A stretch of DNA of 64,000 bases from Minisyncoccia bacterium (GCA_049997875.1 JBEKRC010000003.1:115687-179686), one strand, 5' to 3'. Counted from the stretch's first letter, positions 38,328 to 48,735 are shown. Program-made: numbers and translations. The notes: generated by a model from the sequence alone, not told the origin.

Positions 38328-38714
38328 TCATTGGATGGTCTGCCACGAAACGACGCTTGGCTGGCCTGTAGTGGTATTTATCGTAACGACGACGTTTATT
38401 TTCCTCGTGTGGCCCGAAACCGTAGCTGTGGAAAGAATGGTCGCAGACCCGGCCGCCTGGGTGACGCTCACCGTTGCCGTTGAACCCCCCACCGCCACTT
38501 GATAACTGCTTGTGGCGAAAGCGGAATTACGGTCAAGCTGGAGCAGCGCGTCTTCCGCCCCCGATGTAGCTACCGCCTCTGCCTGCGCCGATGCCTGATA
38601 GCCATAACCGGTGTCAACGGAGGAATTCGCAAGAAACGCAAGGGTAAGACTGACGATAATAACTATCGCGCCGATCAAAAGCATGAATGTCAAAAGCACC
38701 TGGCCACGATTCAT
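38328..38714 (-). CDS. Pilin-like membrane-anchored protein (minor pilin candidate)
   Basis: N-terminus MNRGQVLLTFMLLIG is a hydrophobic anchor with a G-Q prepilin-like site but no Glu at +5. Confidence 0.55.
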   Translation of the reverse strand: MNRGQVLLTFMLLIGAIVIIVSLTLAFLANSSVDTGYGYQASAQAEAVATSGAEDALLQLDRNSAFATSSYQVAVGGSTATVSVTQAAGSATILSTATVSGHTRKINVVVTINTTTGQPSVVSWQTIQ

Positions 38715-38732
38715 CTCGTTGATTATACCATC

Positions 38733-39212
38733 TCAATAGCTCACGGCCCCGGACGAAGCAACGGAAATAGTGGAGGAAAGCGACGCGGTGCCCCGCGAGT
38801 AGAGCCCAACGCTCGTTGCAACCGAAGCGGCGCCGGTGACCTGCGAAAACGTGATGTTGATCGCCGCGCCGGAAGCGAGCGTCGCGGTAACATAGGCGAC
38901 GGACGACGGCAAAGGGTAATACCCCACGATCGCGGACTTAGCGTAGGTGGAGGAGGCGAAAAGGGCGTAGAACGGCGTGGTCGCTGTCGCATTCTCAAGA
39001 TGCACGCCCCACGAAACGCCTTGTTCCTGCGCCATTGAATCGCTTTGCGCTTCGCGGAGCAGCGCCGCGATATCTTCCGTGGCGCCATTCAGATCCGCCT
39101 TGTTGCGGCTTCCAAATAAATTGGCGGTGCTGAGCAGGGCAATGAGAGCGACGAAGAGCGCAACCGTGACGAGAAGCTCTATGAGCGTAAACCCCGCACG
39201 AAGGGTTTTCAT
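38733..39212 (-). CDS. Type IV pilin / pseudopilin
   Basis: MKTLRAGFTLIELLVTVAL is a canonical prepilin cleavage/methylation motif. Confidence 0.85.
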   Translation of the reverse strand: MKTLRAGFTLIELLVTVALFVALIALLSTANLFGSRNKADLNGATEDIAALLREAQSDSMAQEQGVSWGVHLENATATTPFYALFASSTYAKSAIVGYYPLPSSVAYVTATLASGAAINITFSQVTGAASVATSVGLYSRGTASLSSTISVASSGAVSY

Positions 39213-39221
39213 TTCCTTTCG

Positions 39222-40244
39222 CTAAATGGATTTTGCCCGATACGCTTTCGGCGCTTTACGCAAAAATTGCATGAGCTTCGCTTTCGTGAGTAATCCCGTC
39301 TGCGCCCCGAAGAACTGGACCACGTGCATGGATTCAATCGGCGCCCAGCGCAACGCCTCGTGCACCGGCAGGCCGTAGATGAGAGCACAGAGGAAGCCCG
39401 TAGAGAACGCGTCGCCCGCCCCCGTGCGCGAAATCGGCGGCTTGGGATCCGGATACGGCGGCATAAAATACCGCGAGGTCCCGTTGGAGGCGTAGGCCCC
39501 ATTGGGCCCATCCGTGATCGCGACGATCTTTGGGCCGAGTTTGTGGAGCGCTTCAAAGAGCGCGCGGATGTCGGCGCCTTCCTTTTTCTTTGCCACGAGC
39601 TCCGCTTCTTCGCGATTCACGAAAAGCACGTAGGTATGCTTGTAAACATCCTTCAGCTTGTCCGCCCCGAAGCGCAGCTGGAACGTACCCGGGTTGAACC
39701 CCATCCGCACCCCGGGATGCCGCTTCATATACGCCGCAATCTTGTGATGCAGCGGCAGCGTATGTTCGCCGATGGAAGAGAAATAAAGCCAATCGGTCCG
39801 CCGGTCCAACGCGCGCGGATCCACGTATTCGTAGTCCTCATGCTTTATCAAAATCGTCCGCTCGGCTTTGAATGTCAGCACAAAATGATAGTTCGTCGGC
39901 TTCTGCGGATTTACCTTCACAAACTCCGGCGATACGCCCTCTTTCCGATATACGTCAAGGATCTCCTCGCCGTAATGATCCTTCCCGATGGCGGCGAGCA
40001 TCGCCGTATTAAGCCCGAGGCGGCTCGCGCCCACGGCGACGTTGGAAGCATTGCCCACCGCCGGCGCGACAACGAGCGACTCGTACGGGATCTTGTCCGC
40101 GAACGACATGCAAAGTTGGCAGCGCTCGTGGTTCAGATCGCAATGCACCGACGCTTCGTGCAGCTGGATGAAGGCGTCAATCACCACGTCGCCGACGCAC
40201 ACCAGGTCATATTTTTGCTTCATAATACTTTCATTATACCCCAT
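39222..40244 (-). CDS. PfkB-family (ribokinase-like) sugar kinase
   Basis: RTGAGDAFSTGF anion-hole motif; N-terminal GG-type motif. Confidence 0.85.
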   Translation of the reverse strand: MGYNESIMKQKYDLVCVGDVVIDAFIQLHEASVHCDLNHERCQLCMSFADKIPYESLVVAPAVGNASNVAVGASRLGLNTAMLAAIGKDHYGEEILDVYRKEGVSPEFVKVNPQKPTNYHFVLTFKAERTILIKHEDYEYVDPRALDRRTDWLYFSSIGEHTLPLHHKIAAYMKRHPGVRMGFNPGTFQLRFGADKLKDVYKHTYVLFVNREEAELVAKKKEGADIRALFEALHKLGPKIVAITDGPNGAYASNGTSRYFMPPYPDPKPPISRTGAGDAFSTGFLCALIYGLPVHEALRWAPIESMHVVQFFGAQTGLLTKAKLMQFLRKAPKAYRAKSI

Positions 40245-40288
40245 GCTGGACAGTGACGCGCTGTGTACATTTGGAGTAAAATGGAGCT

Positions 40289-41038
40289 ATGCCGAAGGAA
40301 TCACTTTCGCCACCCTCGCCCCATGAAGAGGATCGAAGCCGGGAAGAACGGGAAGAAGGTGAGCGCCTTTATGCTGAAAAGAACAGGGAGCTTGAAAACC
40401 GTGGATTTGAAAATACAGAGCAAGGCTTGTTATGGTTACACTCCCGGGAAGCGGCGCATCATGAAGCAGCGATAGAACGCGCCGCCAAAGCGGAAGAGCT
40501 TGCCATCACAGACGGACTTACCGGACTTCTCAACCGCCACGGCTTTGAAACAGCCACGGAAAAAATGCTTTCTCCGAAACCCGTCCCAAGGATCGAACAA
40601 AGAAAAAATCCCGCCAGGCGACCGCGTTCCTTCTCCGTGCTTGCGATCGATATAGACAGTTTCAAAAAAAAGATTAATGACCAGTATGGCCACCCGGCAG
40701 GAGACGCTGCCCTTAAGGGAATCGCGGGCTTTTTAAAGGAAAATCTTCGGGAAGGAGACATCGCTTCCCGGCCAGGAGGAGACGAATTCATCCTGCTCTT
40801 CCCTGACGCCGCACCGAGGGATATCAAAAAACGTTTTGAAGGCAAAGCGATTGAGGTAGAAATTCCGCAAAATGAAGGGCTGAAGAAAAAAATAACCGTA
40901 ACCTTAAGCGGCGGGCTGCGAGAGTTCAAGCTGGGAGAAAATTTTGCGGCGGCATGTGCAGCGGCCGACGATGCCCTCTATGACGCAAAGGAAAAAGGGG
41001 GAAATAAAATAGTGATCGCGGGCGAAGCCGGCGAGTAA
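40289..41038 (+). CDS. GGDEF-domain diguanylate cyclase
   Basis: DGLTGLLNR, DIDSFKKIND and RPGGDEF motifs. Confidence 0.85.
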   Translation: MPKESLSPPSPHEEDRSREEREEGERLYAEKNRELENRGFENTEQGLLWLHSREAAHHEAAIERAAKAEELAITDGLTGLLNRHGFETATEKMLSPKPVPRIEQRKNPARRPRSFSVLAIDIDSFKKKINDQYGHPAGDAALKGIAGFLKENLREGDIASRPGGDEFILLFPDAAPRDIKKRFEGKAIEVEIPQNEGLKKKITVTLSGGLREFKLGENFAAACAAADDALYDAKEKGGNKIVIAGEAGE

Positions 41039-41042
41039 CTCG

Positions 41043-42035
41043 TTATTTTTTCCTTCGCAAAACTTTCTTTGCGGCAGATACGATATCCTTCACGCCCATG
41101 CCGTATTTTGTGATGAGCGCGTCCGGCGGGCCGGATTCCCCGAATACATCGTGCAAGCCGACGAACTCCATGGGCACGGGCGCGTGTTTCGCGAGTGCTT
41201 CCGCAACCGCGCCGCCCAGTCCCCCGCTCACCTGATGTTCTTCCACGGTCACGACCGCGCCGATCTTTTTTGCAAGCTCGGCGATCCTCTTTTCGTCCAG
41301 CGGCTTTATCGTGTGGCAGTCGAGAACGACCGTGCCGATTTTTTCCTTCTCCAATTCCCGCGCGGCGACGAGCGCATTATAGAGAAGCCCGCCGCAGCCG
41401 ACAATAAGCACCTGCGGTTTTTTTGATTCCCAGAAAACCTCTGCCTTTCCGGGCAGGTAGGGCGTCTCCTCGGTCGTCACGATGGGCGTCCTCTCACGCT
41501 CAAAGCGAAGATACACCGGGCCCCAGATCCGCGCCGCTGCGAGCGTCGCTTTTTTCGCCTCCACCGCGTCGCACGGCACGAACACTTTCATGTTCGGCAT
41601 CGCCCGCATCATGGCGATGTCCTCCGTCGCCTGGTGCGTCGCCCCGTCAGCTCCCGTGGAAACTCCCGCATGGTGCCCCGCGATCTTCACATTTGCATCA
41701 TTGTAGGCAATCGTCGTCCTGATTTGTTCCCAGTTCCTGCCCGGCGAAAAAGTAGCGAAAGACGCGATAAACGGAATCTTTCCCGAAACGCCGAGCCCCG
41801 CCGCGATCGCCGCCATGTTCTGCTCGGCAACGCCCATTTCTATGAATCGCTCCGGGAACTTCTTCGCGAACGCCTCGGTGCGCGTGGATTCCGTAAGGTC
41901 GGCGCACAGCGCGACGACATTCCGGTTATCCTCCCCTGCCGCGAGCAAGCCGTCGCCATACCCGTCGCGCGTCGGTTTCCGTTCCACGTCGGCATCAAAC
42001 AACTTCGGATTCAGTTTTGCATCGGGATTCAACAT
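41043..42035 (-). CDS. Transketolase, C-terminal (pyrimidine-binding) subunit
   Basis: GVAEQNMAAIAAGL...GHHAGVSTGADGATHQ. Confidence 0.9.
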   Translation of the reverse strand: MLNPDAKLNPKLFDADVERKPTRDGYGDGLLAAGEDNRNVVALCADLTESTRTEAFAKKFPERFIEMGVAEQNMAAIAAGLGVSGKIPFIASFATFSPGRNWEQIRTTIAYNDANVKIAGHHAGVSTGADGATHQATEDIAMMRAMPNMKVFVPCDAVEAKKATLAAARIWGPVYLRFERERTPIVTTEETPYLPGKAEVFWESKKPQVLIVGCGGLLYNALVAARELEKEKIGTVVLDCHTIKPLDEKRIAELAKKIGAVVTVEEHQVSGGLGGAVAEALAKHAPVPMEFVGLHDVFGESGPPDALITKYGMGVKDIVSAAKKVLRRKK

Positions 42036-42097
42036 TGCTTTATCTTTCCGCGCAGCGTCCGCCCAGCACTATTTTTCGAGAAAAATAGTGCTGGACT

Positions 42098-43657
42098 TTA
42101 CTCATGCTCGGATTTAATCTTTCCTCTCATGGTCCGGAGTTCGGCGAGCGCTTTTTGCGCTTCTCCGGACTTGAAGGGCTTCGCGTGCCAACGGTAATCA
42201 TTTTCCATAAAATCCACGCCCTTGCCGGGAATCGTGTGCGCGATGATACAGGTCGGCATCTCATAAACAGCCTTCGCTTCGTTCACCGCCGCGATGATTT
42301 CTTCAAAACTGTGCCCATCAATTTCCAAAACATGCCAGTTGAACGCTTCGTACTTCGCGCGCAATGGCTCTAACGGCATCACGTCCTCGGTAAACCCGTC
42401 TATCTGTATATTGTTGCGGTCCATGATGACGGTAAGGTTGTTTAAACAATGCTTCCCCGCGAACATGACCGCCTCCCATGTGTTGCCTTCCTCGTGCTCT
42501 CCGTCGGAGGTCACACAATATGTCCGCCATTTTTTGCCGTCCATTCGCGCCGCGAGCGCAATGCCCACGCTCTGTGAAACGCCGGAACCAAGCGGACCGG
42601 AAGTCGTTTCAATGCCGGGGAGCGCAGTGCGGTGCGGATGGCCCTGCAATCGTGAACCAAGCTGCCGCAGCGTTTTCAATTCCTCCACTGGATAATATCC
42701 CGCGCGGGCGAGCGCGGCATACTGCACCGGGCAAATGTGGCCATTGGAAAGCACCAGGCGGTCGCGCTCCGGCCAACCGGGCCGCTTGGGATCATATCGC
42801 AAAATATGGAAATACAACGCGGTGAAAATTTCGGCCATGCCCAAGGGCCCCGCAATGTGGCCGGAACCCGCATGCGAGACCATTTCAATCACATCCTCGC
42901 GCAGGCGGTTCGCCATACGCTCCATCTCAAGTAATTTTTCTTCGGTGAGCGGCTCCATATGTGCATTGCGCGCATGCGCCTCAACCGTCGCGCGATACCA
43001 TTCCGAACGCGGAAGGCGGACATGCACGAGGTCATCATACGCCGCAGACGGATCATCGCTCCCAAAAATGTAGCTTCCCGCGACCACAATGTCCGCGCCG
43101 GCGGTCTTCACGCGCCGCGCAGTCAAGGGCACGACCCCCCCATCCACCTCAATGATAGCGTGAGGCATCTTTCGCCTCAAAAACCTGATCCTTGCGAGCA
43201 TGAGCGGGAGAAATTTCTGTCCTGCGGGACCGGGATAGACCGCAAGCACCTGAAACCGCGTTACTTTCCTGAAATAGGGTTCCAGTTTTTTTACGGAGGT
43301 CTCGGGATTCAGCGCGAGCATCACCTCCGCGCCGCGCGCCGCGCATTTCTCGCGGATCGCATTGAATGTTTTTTCATTTACGGTTTCTACATGCACGATG
43401 AAACGCTTAGCGCCCGCCGCGAGCCACCGTTCAATGTACGACTCCGGCCGTTCCACCATCAGGTGCACTTCCAGATTGAACGGCGCGCGGAGATTCGCCC
43501 ATTCCGTGGGGTTGGCCCACGTCTTGTGAAGCGTGAACGCCCCGTCGGCAACGTCAAGATGAAAAAACGTGCCGCTCTCCAAAAATGCCTTTGCGGCTTC
43601 TACCCTCTCCCGCGCGCACCGAAAATTTGGGCAATTGATGATGGGGAGAACCTCCAT
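42098..43657 (-). CDS. Ribulose-phosphate 3-epimerase fused to the transketolase N-terminal (TPP-binding) subunit
   Basis: N-terminal half is RPE-like (HLDVADGAF...VDGGV). C-terminal half has GSGHIAGPLGMAEI and SNGH transketolase motifs. Confidence 0.8.
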   Translation of the reverse strand: MEVLPIINCPNFRCARERVEAAKAFLESGTFFHLDVADGAFTLHKTWANPTEWANLRAPFNLEVHLMVERPESYIERWLAAGAKRFIVHVETVNEKTFNAIREKCAARGAEVMLALNPETSVKKLEPYFRKVTRFQVLAVYPGPAGQKFLPLMLARIRFLRRKMPHAIIEVDGGVVPLTARRVKTAGADIVVAGSYIFGSDDPSAAYDDLVHVRLPRSEWYRATVEAHARNAHMEPLTEEKLLEMERMANRLREDVIEMVSHAGSGHIAGPLGMAEIFTALYFHILRYDPKRPGWPERDRLVLSNGHICPVQYAALARAGYYPVEELKTLRQLGSRLQGHPHRTALPGIETTSGPLGSGVSQSVGIALAARMDGKKWRTYCVTSDGEHEEGNTWEAVMFAGKHCLNNLTVIMDRNNIQIDGFTEDVMPLEPLRAKYEAFNWHVLEIDGHSFEEIIAAVNEAKAVYEMPTCIIAHTIPGKGVDFMENDYRWHAKPFKSGEAQKALAELRTMRGKIKSEHE

Positions 43658-43658
43658 A

Positions 43659-44111
43659 TCAGTGATGTGCTTCTATAGCCCTAACCTTTTCCAGCCGGCG
43701 CGCGTACTTTTCTTCCTTCGCGAACGGCGTTGTGAGAAATACCTTGACAATCTTCATGGCGGTTTCTTCGTCCACAAAGTCCGCCGCGAGCGCGAGCACG
43801 TTTATATCGTCATCATGGCGGCCTTGATACGCGTGATCCGGCGAGATCGCAAGCCCCGCGCGGATGCCATCCACCTTGTTCGCCGCGATATCCACCCCAA
43901 ATCCCGATCTGCAGATCACAATGCCGCGGCGCTGCGTCGGATCCTCACTCACTTTTTTTGCCACCGCAAGCGCGTAATCGGGATAATCGTCGTCCGGTAC
44001 TATGGTCACCGCGCCGCAATCCGTAACCACATACGCCTCGTCCACAAGCACCGCCTTCAGACGCTCTTTTAAATTGAACCCACCATGGTCTGTGCCGATA
44101 TAAATCGTCAT
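43659..44111 (-). CDS. rpiB: Ribose-5-phosphate isomerase B
   Basis: IGTDHGGF...CRSGFGVDIAANK. Confidence 0.9.
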   Translation of the reverse strand: MTIYIGTDHGGFNLKERLKAVLVDEAYVVTDCGAVTIVPDDDYPDYALAVAKKVSEDPTQRRGIVICRSGFGVDIAANKVDGIRAGLAISPDHAYQGRHDDDINVLALAADFVDEETAMKIVKVFLTTPFAKEEKYARRLEKVRAIEAHH

Positions 44112-44120
44112 GAAAGTTCC

Positions 44121-45152
44121 TTACAACAATGCCGCGATTTTCTCCACGTGTCTCACAAGCGTGGAAACGTATCCGGCTTCGTTGTCATACCAGCTCAACA
44201 CCTTTACGAGATCGCCGTCAACCACTTTGGTGAAATTGAGGTCCACGATCGCACCGTAGGGATCACCCACGATGTCCGAAGATACAATCTGGTCGCGCGT
44301 CACTTTCAATATCCCCTGCCAGCGGGGTGACGCGGCCGCGTCGGTGAGGATTCTATTGATCTCTTCCACGGAGGTTTTCCGCTTCGCCACAAACGTAATG
44401 TCCGAGATGGAACCCGTGACGGAGGGCACGCGGAACGCCATGCCGTCAAACATCCCTTTGAGCGACGGGATCGCGCGCGTGACCGCGATCGCGGCGCCCG
44501 TCGTGGATGGGGAAATATTCTGCGCCGCCGCGCGCCCGCGCCGGTAATCTTTGCCCCCGCGGATCGGCCCGTCCACAATGCTCTGTGTCGCCGTGTAGGA
44601 ATGCACTGTGGAAAGCATTGCTTTCGCAATGCCCGGGTCCTCCCCAAGCACTTCAATCACGGGCGACGCCGAGTTCGTGGTGCACGAACCGTTGGAAGTA
44701 ATGGCGCAGGTCTTTATATCCTCCTCATTCACGCCCATCAATATCGTTTTCCCGTCCGGCCCGTCCTCGTCCTTCGCCGGCGCCGTGATCACCACGCGCT
44801 TCGCGCCCGCCGCAAGATGCACCTTATTCGCGGCGTACGATTCAAAAATTCCCGTAGACTCAACGACAATATCAACATTCATCGCCTTCCACGGGAGCTG
44901 CGTTGCGTCTTTGATTTGCAGAAAATCAATTGCCGTCCCGCCGACGATCAATTTTCCATTTGGAAGGTCGGCGCGCACCTCCTTATCGTACCGGCCGTAC
45001 ACCGTGTCGTACTTCAAAAGGTATGCCAAGTTCTCCACGTCGCCCAGATCGTTCACCGCCACGATCTCCAAATCCGGCGACTCAAACGCCGCCTTAAAAA
45101 ACAACCGACCGATCCGCCCGAACCCGTTGATCGCAACGCGTGCTTTTGCCAT
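44121..45152 (-). CDS. gap: Glyceraldehyde-3-phosphate dehydrogenase
   Basis: INGFGRIGR and the SCTTN active site. Confidence 0.92.
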   Translation of the reverse strand: MAKARVAINGFGRIGRLFFKAAFESPDLEIVAVNDLGDVENLAYLLKYDTVYGRYDKEVRADLPNGKLIVGGTAIDFLQIKDATQLPWKAMNVDIVVESTGIFESYAANKVHLAAGAKRVVITAPAKDEDGPDGKTILMGVNEEDIKTCAITSNGSCTTNSASPVIEVLGEDPGIAKAMLSTVHSYTATQSIVDGPIRGGKDYRRGRAAAQNISPSTTGAAIAVTRAIPSLKGMFDGMAFRVPSVTGSISDITFVAKRKTSVEEINRILTDAAASPRWQGILKVTRDQIVSSDIVGDPYGAIVDLNFTKVVDGDLVKVLSWYDNEAGYVSTLVRHVEKIAALL

Positions 45153-45191
45153 ACCTTTATTATATACCATTAACGCGGCGGGGCCGACGCC

Positions 45192-45710
45192 TCAACCGCC
45201 GAGCGGCCCAATTTGTACTCCGTCTCCTACCTTTATGTTGTCCTTCGCAACCGTTCCGGCGATCACTTCAAGCGCTTTGTCCGTGCCGCCGGGCGAGTTA
45301 TAGATAGTAAGTCCCCACAGCGGAACGCCCGGCTGCGGCATGGCGTTTTGGGCAAAGCCAAGCACCTCGCAGCTGCTCTTGCCGTCTCCGTTTTTTCCCG
45401 CGCCGATCCAGATTATATCAATTGGAAAATTCATGTCCTTCATCCAAAAGCTTTGGATGGACGGCGTAGTAAAGAAGAAAAGCATTCCCTGATTTGCTTC
45501 CAGACCCGCGCGGAAGGAGAGACCGCGTGCTTTTTCCGCCGTGGTTGAAGCGATTTCCACTTCAAAGGTCGCCCCGTTGATGCGCACCTCGTTTTTCGCA
45601 AGCAGCGGATTCGCTTTTCCAAAAATAAAAAAGCGCAAAACGACCGCCACCGCTCCTACTACTACGATGCCGAGCAAAACCCAGAGCATCATCGCCCACT
45701 TCAAACTCAT
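45192..45710 (-). CDS. DUF192-domain protein
   Basis: GMLFFF...FWMKDMNFPIDIIWI pattern of DUF192/COG1430. Confidence 0.7.
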   Translation of the reverse strand: MSLKWAMMLWVLLGIVVVGAVAVVLRFFIFGKANPLLAKNEVRINGATFEVEIASTTAEKARGLSFRAGLEANQGMLFFFTTPSIQSFWMKDMNFPIDIIWIGAGKNGDGKSSCEVLGFAQNAMPQPGVPLWGLTIYNSPGGTDKALEVIAGTVAKDNIKVGDGVQIGPLGG

Positions 45711-45715
45711 TTTCC

Positions 45716-47371
45716 TTATGGTACCACAAAGAAGTCGTTCGCGTTGTTGTCGGTATCTATCGGCGCGCCGTCCGCCGCGGATTTTCTTTCAAGCACATGG
45801 CTTACCTCGGGATTCGTCGGATACGCCGCGCCTTCCACGTATTGATTGGTCCCCTCGCCCCAGGCGACGGCATCAATTATCGTCCCCTTGGCGTCAAGGA
45901 GCGCCACGCTGTTATCCGCCGCGAGCGTCGCCGTACTTGTCACGTTCGCGGCGACGGAATCGCCAAAACCGTTTTCAGAATTCGCCCACATGAAATACCC
46001 GTGGGAAGACACGGAACTCCCATCGGGAAAAACGCGGAGCGAATAGTCGACACCGCTTTTTGATTTTTTACGGAGCTTCCACCCGCTCACGTCCACCGCG
46101 CCCGCCGTCGGATTGAATATTTTCACGAAATCATTCGTGGTGGACGCGCCCGCGATCTGAACTGCTGCGATCACGATATGGCTCATGGCAGTGGCAGTTG
46201 TATTCGCGTTCGCGCTTGTACCCGCGTTCACACCCGCATCCGTAGATGACGCCGCGGTTGTGGTCCCAGTCGTTGTCGTTGTGCCAGCGTCGGTGTCGGC
46301 GCTAGTACTAGTGTTGGTGTTGGAATTCGTACTGGCACTAGTGGTAGTCGTAGCATCTGCAATCGTGGCGGCACTTCCCGATGTCCCCGCCGTCGCAATT
46401 GTCGCAATCGTTGTAGTCGCAATCTGCGCCACCAGCGCGGAATTTTCCGCCTTTGGCGTGCCGCCAGGCGCCACGCTCGTATGCCACCCTAAGCCGTCCG
46501 CGTCGCGCTCAAGCGTCTGTTTTGTTTCATTGTTTCCCGCCGGCCAGCCAAGTGACGCATCCAGAATATCCGACGCGCCGCATACGACATCAACAACCGC
46601 GAGCACGGCACCTGCATTGGAAAGCGCGCCGGAATACGTCGCATCCGCCAACGCCCACGGAACCGCGTCTCCGCGTTCAAGGAGCGTGAATCCTCCCGCG
46701 GGCACAATCGTCCCTATACCAAAAATGATTTTTATGCTTCCCTTCGCATCAAGAACCTGCCAGCCGGAAATATCAAGCGCGGCACCCGAAACATTTTTGA
46801 GTTCCATCCATTCGCGACCGCTTGCCGCAAGGGCGCTTTCCCCTATCCGTTGCGGCGATCCCATCCATGCAATCTCATTGAAAATAAGTTTTCGCGAGAG
46901 CGGTGCGGACACGGCTACCGTGCACACCGCAGGCGCGGGCGCGTCGGCAACGGCTGGCGTCCCGGTAGCGGCGGAACTGGAGTCGGTCGCCGCGTCGCTT
47001 TGCGTCATACTGTTCTGCGCGCCGCTCTCTGCCGCAGAAGTTCCCATATCAAATATGACCGTCGGACTCGCGGGAGCTGCCGGCGCAGGAGATTCCGGCA
47101 CGGGAGCTTCCGACGCTGGAGCGGCAAAATCGGAATCGGAAGAAGACGTACCGTCCGATCCAAGGTTAATCTCCGCAACTTGCTGGTCCGGCGGACCGCC
47201 GAAGGTGTCATTCCATGATTGCGCGACGATCGCGGCGGCGTTCGTAAGCATTCGCGCGGGTGCGGACGGGAAAAATACCCATGCGGCAGCCATCGCCACA
47301 ATAGCCGTGCCCACCGCAACGCCGATGAAAATCCTTTTTATGCTGATAGGGCTTCTTGTGCACATGCGCAC
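45716..47371 (-). CDS. Secreted protein with two lamin-tail domains (LTD)
   Basis: LIFNEIAW...EWMELKNVSGAALDISGWQV and a second copy VIAAVQIAG...SGWKL; Ser/Thr/Ala-rich linkers. Confidence 0.7.
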   Translation of the reverse strand: MRMCTRSPISIKRIFIGVAVGTAIVAMAAAWVFFPSAPARMLTNAAAIVAQSWNDTFGGPPDQQVAEINLGSDGTSSSDSDFAAPASEAPVPESPAPAAPASPTVIFDMGTSAAESGAQNSMTQSDAATDSSSAATGTPAVADAPAPAVCTVAVSAPLSRKLIFNEIAWMGSPQRIGESALAASGREWMELKNVSGAALDISGWQVLDAKGSIKIIFGIGTIVPAGGFTLLERGDAVPWALADATYSGALSNAGAVLAVVDVVCGASDILDASLGWPAGNNETKQTLERDADGLGWHTSVAPGGTPKAENSALVAQIATTTIATIATAGTSGSAATIADATTTTSASTNSNTNTSTSADTDAGTTTTTGTTTAASSTDAGVNAGTSANANTTATAMSHIVIAAVQIAGASTTNDFVKIFNPTAGAVDVSGWKLRKKSKSGVDYSLRVFPDGSSVSSHGYFMWANSENGFGDSVAANVTSTATLAADNSVALLDAKGTIIDAVAWGEGTNQYVEGAAYPTNPEVSHVLERKSAADGAPIDTDNNANDFFVVP

Positions 47372-47445
47372 CGCATCCTACCACGCTGCCCATTAAAACC
47401 TTCTTAAAGGAAACTTGCGCGCGGGAATTTTGCTACAATGGACAT

Positions 47446-48087
47446 ATGAAAACCGACTGGTTGAAAATGACATTTGTTGTCCTCTCCGCTGCGGCGCTTG
47501 CCCTCGCCGTCCTCGCAGGTTTTATTGTTTTCTATCCCACCGGCTCTTACCAGCCCGTCGTACTACAAAATCACGGTGTCGCTTCTTCTTCCGCTTCTCC
47601 CGCGGTTCCGTTACCCTCCTCAACCGCCTCGTCAACAAGTCCGACTTCCCAAACGCCAGCACTACCCGCAACCGCCAGCGGCTTCTCAAGCGAATATTCG
47701 TCGCCCTACCCCGTCCAGTGGTCCGAGGGCGGCGAATCGTTCTCCATCACCGGCGCCGCACTCCAAAATAACCAGCTCACGCTCTCGCTCGCCATCAAAA
47801 TGGGTGCTATTTCGGAATGTGTGCTGGTTAACCTCCACCTCGTCGCGGACGAATTTGGAACACTCCGACCGCCGAGCACGCCGCCCGCGAGCACATTCAC
47901 GTTTCCCGATACCCAATCGTGCGACGGCACGCCCGGCGCAACGTATAGCGAATCTGTTGTCTTCAGCATTGACTCAATCCCCGCCCCGTTCCTCCTTGCG
48001 ACCGGCGGCGCATCAAATGTTTTCTTCAACGTTGCAACGGACACCACGGGCGGCGTGGACGTCACGCTACCGTCGCGTTCGGGATAA
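47446..48087 (+). CDS. Membrane-anchored hypothetical protein
   Basis: TACAAT -10 upstream; N-terminal TM; Ser/Thr-rich. Confidence 0.6.
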   Translation: MKTDWLKMTFVVLSAAALALAVLAGFIVFYPTGSYQPVVLQNHGVASSSASPAVPLPSSTASSTSPTSQTPALPATASGFSSEYSSPYPVQWSEGGESFSITGAALQNNQLTLSLAIKMGAISECVLVNLHLVADEFGTLRPPSTPPASTFTFPDTQSCDGTPGATYSESVVFSIDSIPAPFLLATGGASNVFFNVATDTTGGVDVTLPSRSG

Positions 48088-48190
48088 TCGCCCTAACGCA
48101 ACCGTGCCGCAGCGGCACTGGGACGCGGTGCACTGCATAAGGCCAGGTACCGCTTGAAACACGACGCGCTTCTGCTACACTACTATCGTA

Positions 48191-48262
48191 TTCCGGCGTA
48201 GCTCAATGGTAGAGCGGCTCCCTGTTAAGGAGATGGTTCCAGGTTCGAGTCCTGGCGCCGGA
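48191..48262 (+). tRNA. tRNA-Asn (GTT)
   Basis: Acceptor TCCGGCG/CGCCGGA, anticodon loop CTGTTAA, T-arm CCAGGTTCGAGTCCTGG; anchor of the downstream repeat array. Confidence 0.85.
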
Positions 48263-48264
48263 GC

Positions 48265-48294
48265 ACCTAGTAAAAGTATCCGGGAGACCGAGAG
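48265..48294 (+). repeat. B-motif prototype (CCTAGTAAAAGTATCCGGGAGACCGAGAGG) directly after tRNA-Asn
   Basis: Recurs after most A-motif copies in the array. Confidence 0.7.
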
Positions 48295-48323
48295 GTCGTA
48301 GTCAATTCGATATACTTAAGATC

Positions 48324-48725
48324 ATGGATCAAAAGAAGATTGCTCCTATTATTGTCATTGTCGGTGCTACCGCCATGCTGGTCGGGGCACTTGATCCATT
48401 GGAAGGATCGGTCGTCATCCTGGTGGGCAGTGGCTTGGTGGCACTCGGCACATTCCTGAGCAATGCTAGCCGACGCTTGCGTGTTTACTGGATATGGACT
48501 TTCCTCCTGATAGCGTTCGGAGTCGGCGTGATGTTCGGAGCGAGCGCGATGGGAGGTTTTGGCGGCACTACCGGACGTTCGATATGGTGGGCAGTTCTAG
48601 TTCTGCCCTATCCTGTTGGCTGGGTGATGGGTGTCGTCAATCTGTTTTTCAGACTTAGACGAAAACGCGGTTATCGAGACAAGGGCGTTTTCCCCTCTCC
48701 CCCAGATTCTCACTTCGTCCAGTGA
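48324..48725 (+). CDS. Polytopic membrane protein (cassette 1)
   Basis: GATATACT -10; four TM helices. Confidence 0.6.
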   Translation: MDQKKIAPIIVIVGATAMLVGALDPLEGSVVILVGSGLVALGTFLSNASRRLRVYWIWTFLLIAFGVGVMFGASAMGGFGGTTGRSIWWAVLVLPYPVGWVMGVVNLFFRLRRKRGYRDKGVFPSPPDSHFVQ

Positions 48726-48735
48726 GCGGAGCGGA

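Noticed and set aside
37866-38483. 205-aa plus-strand ORF
   Set aside because: Low-complexity, overlaps the minus-strand RBS-supported ORF 37927-38193 and the pilin-like gene 38328-38714. Only a possible short C-terminal fragment (from the ATG at 38256) might be real.
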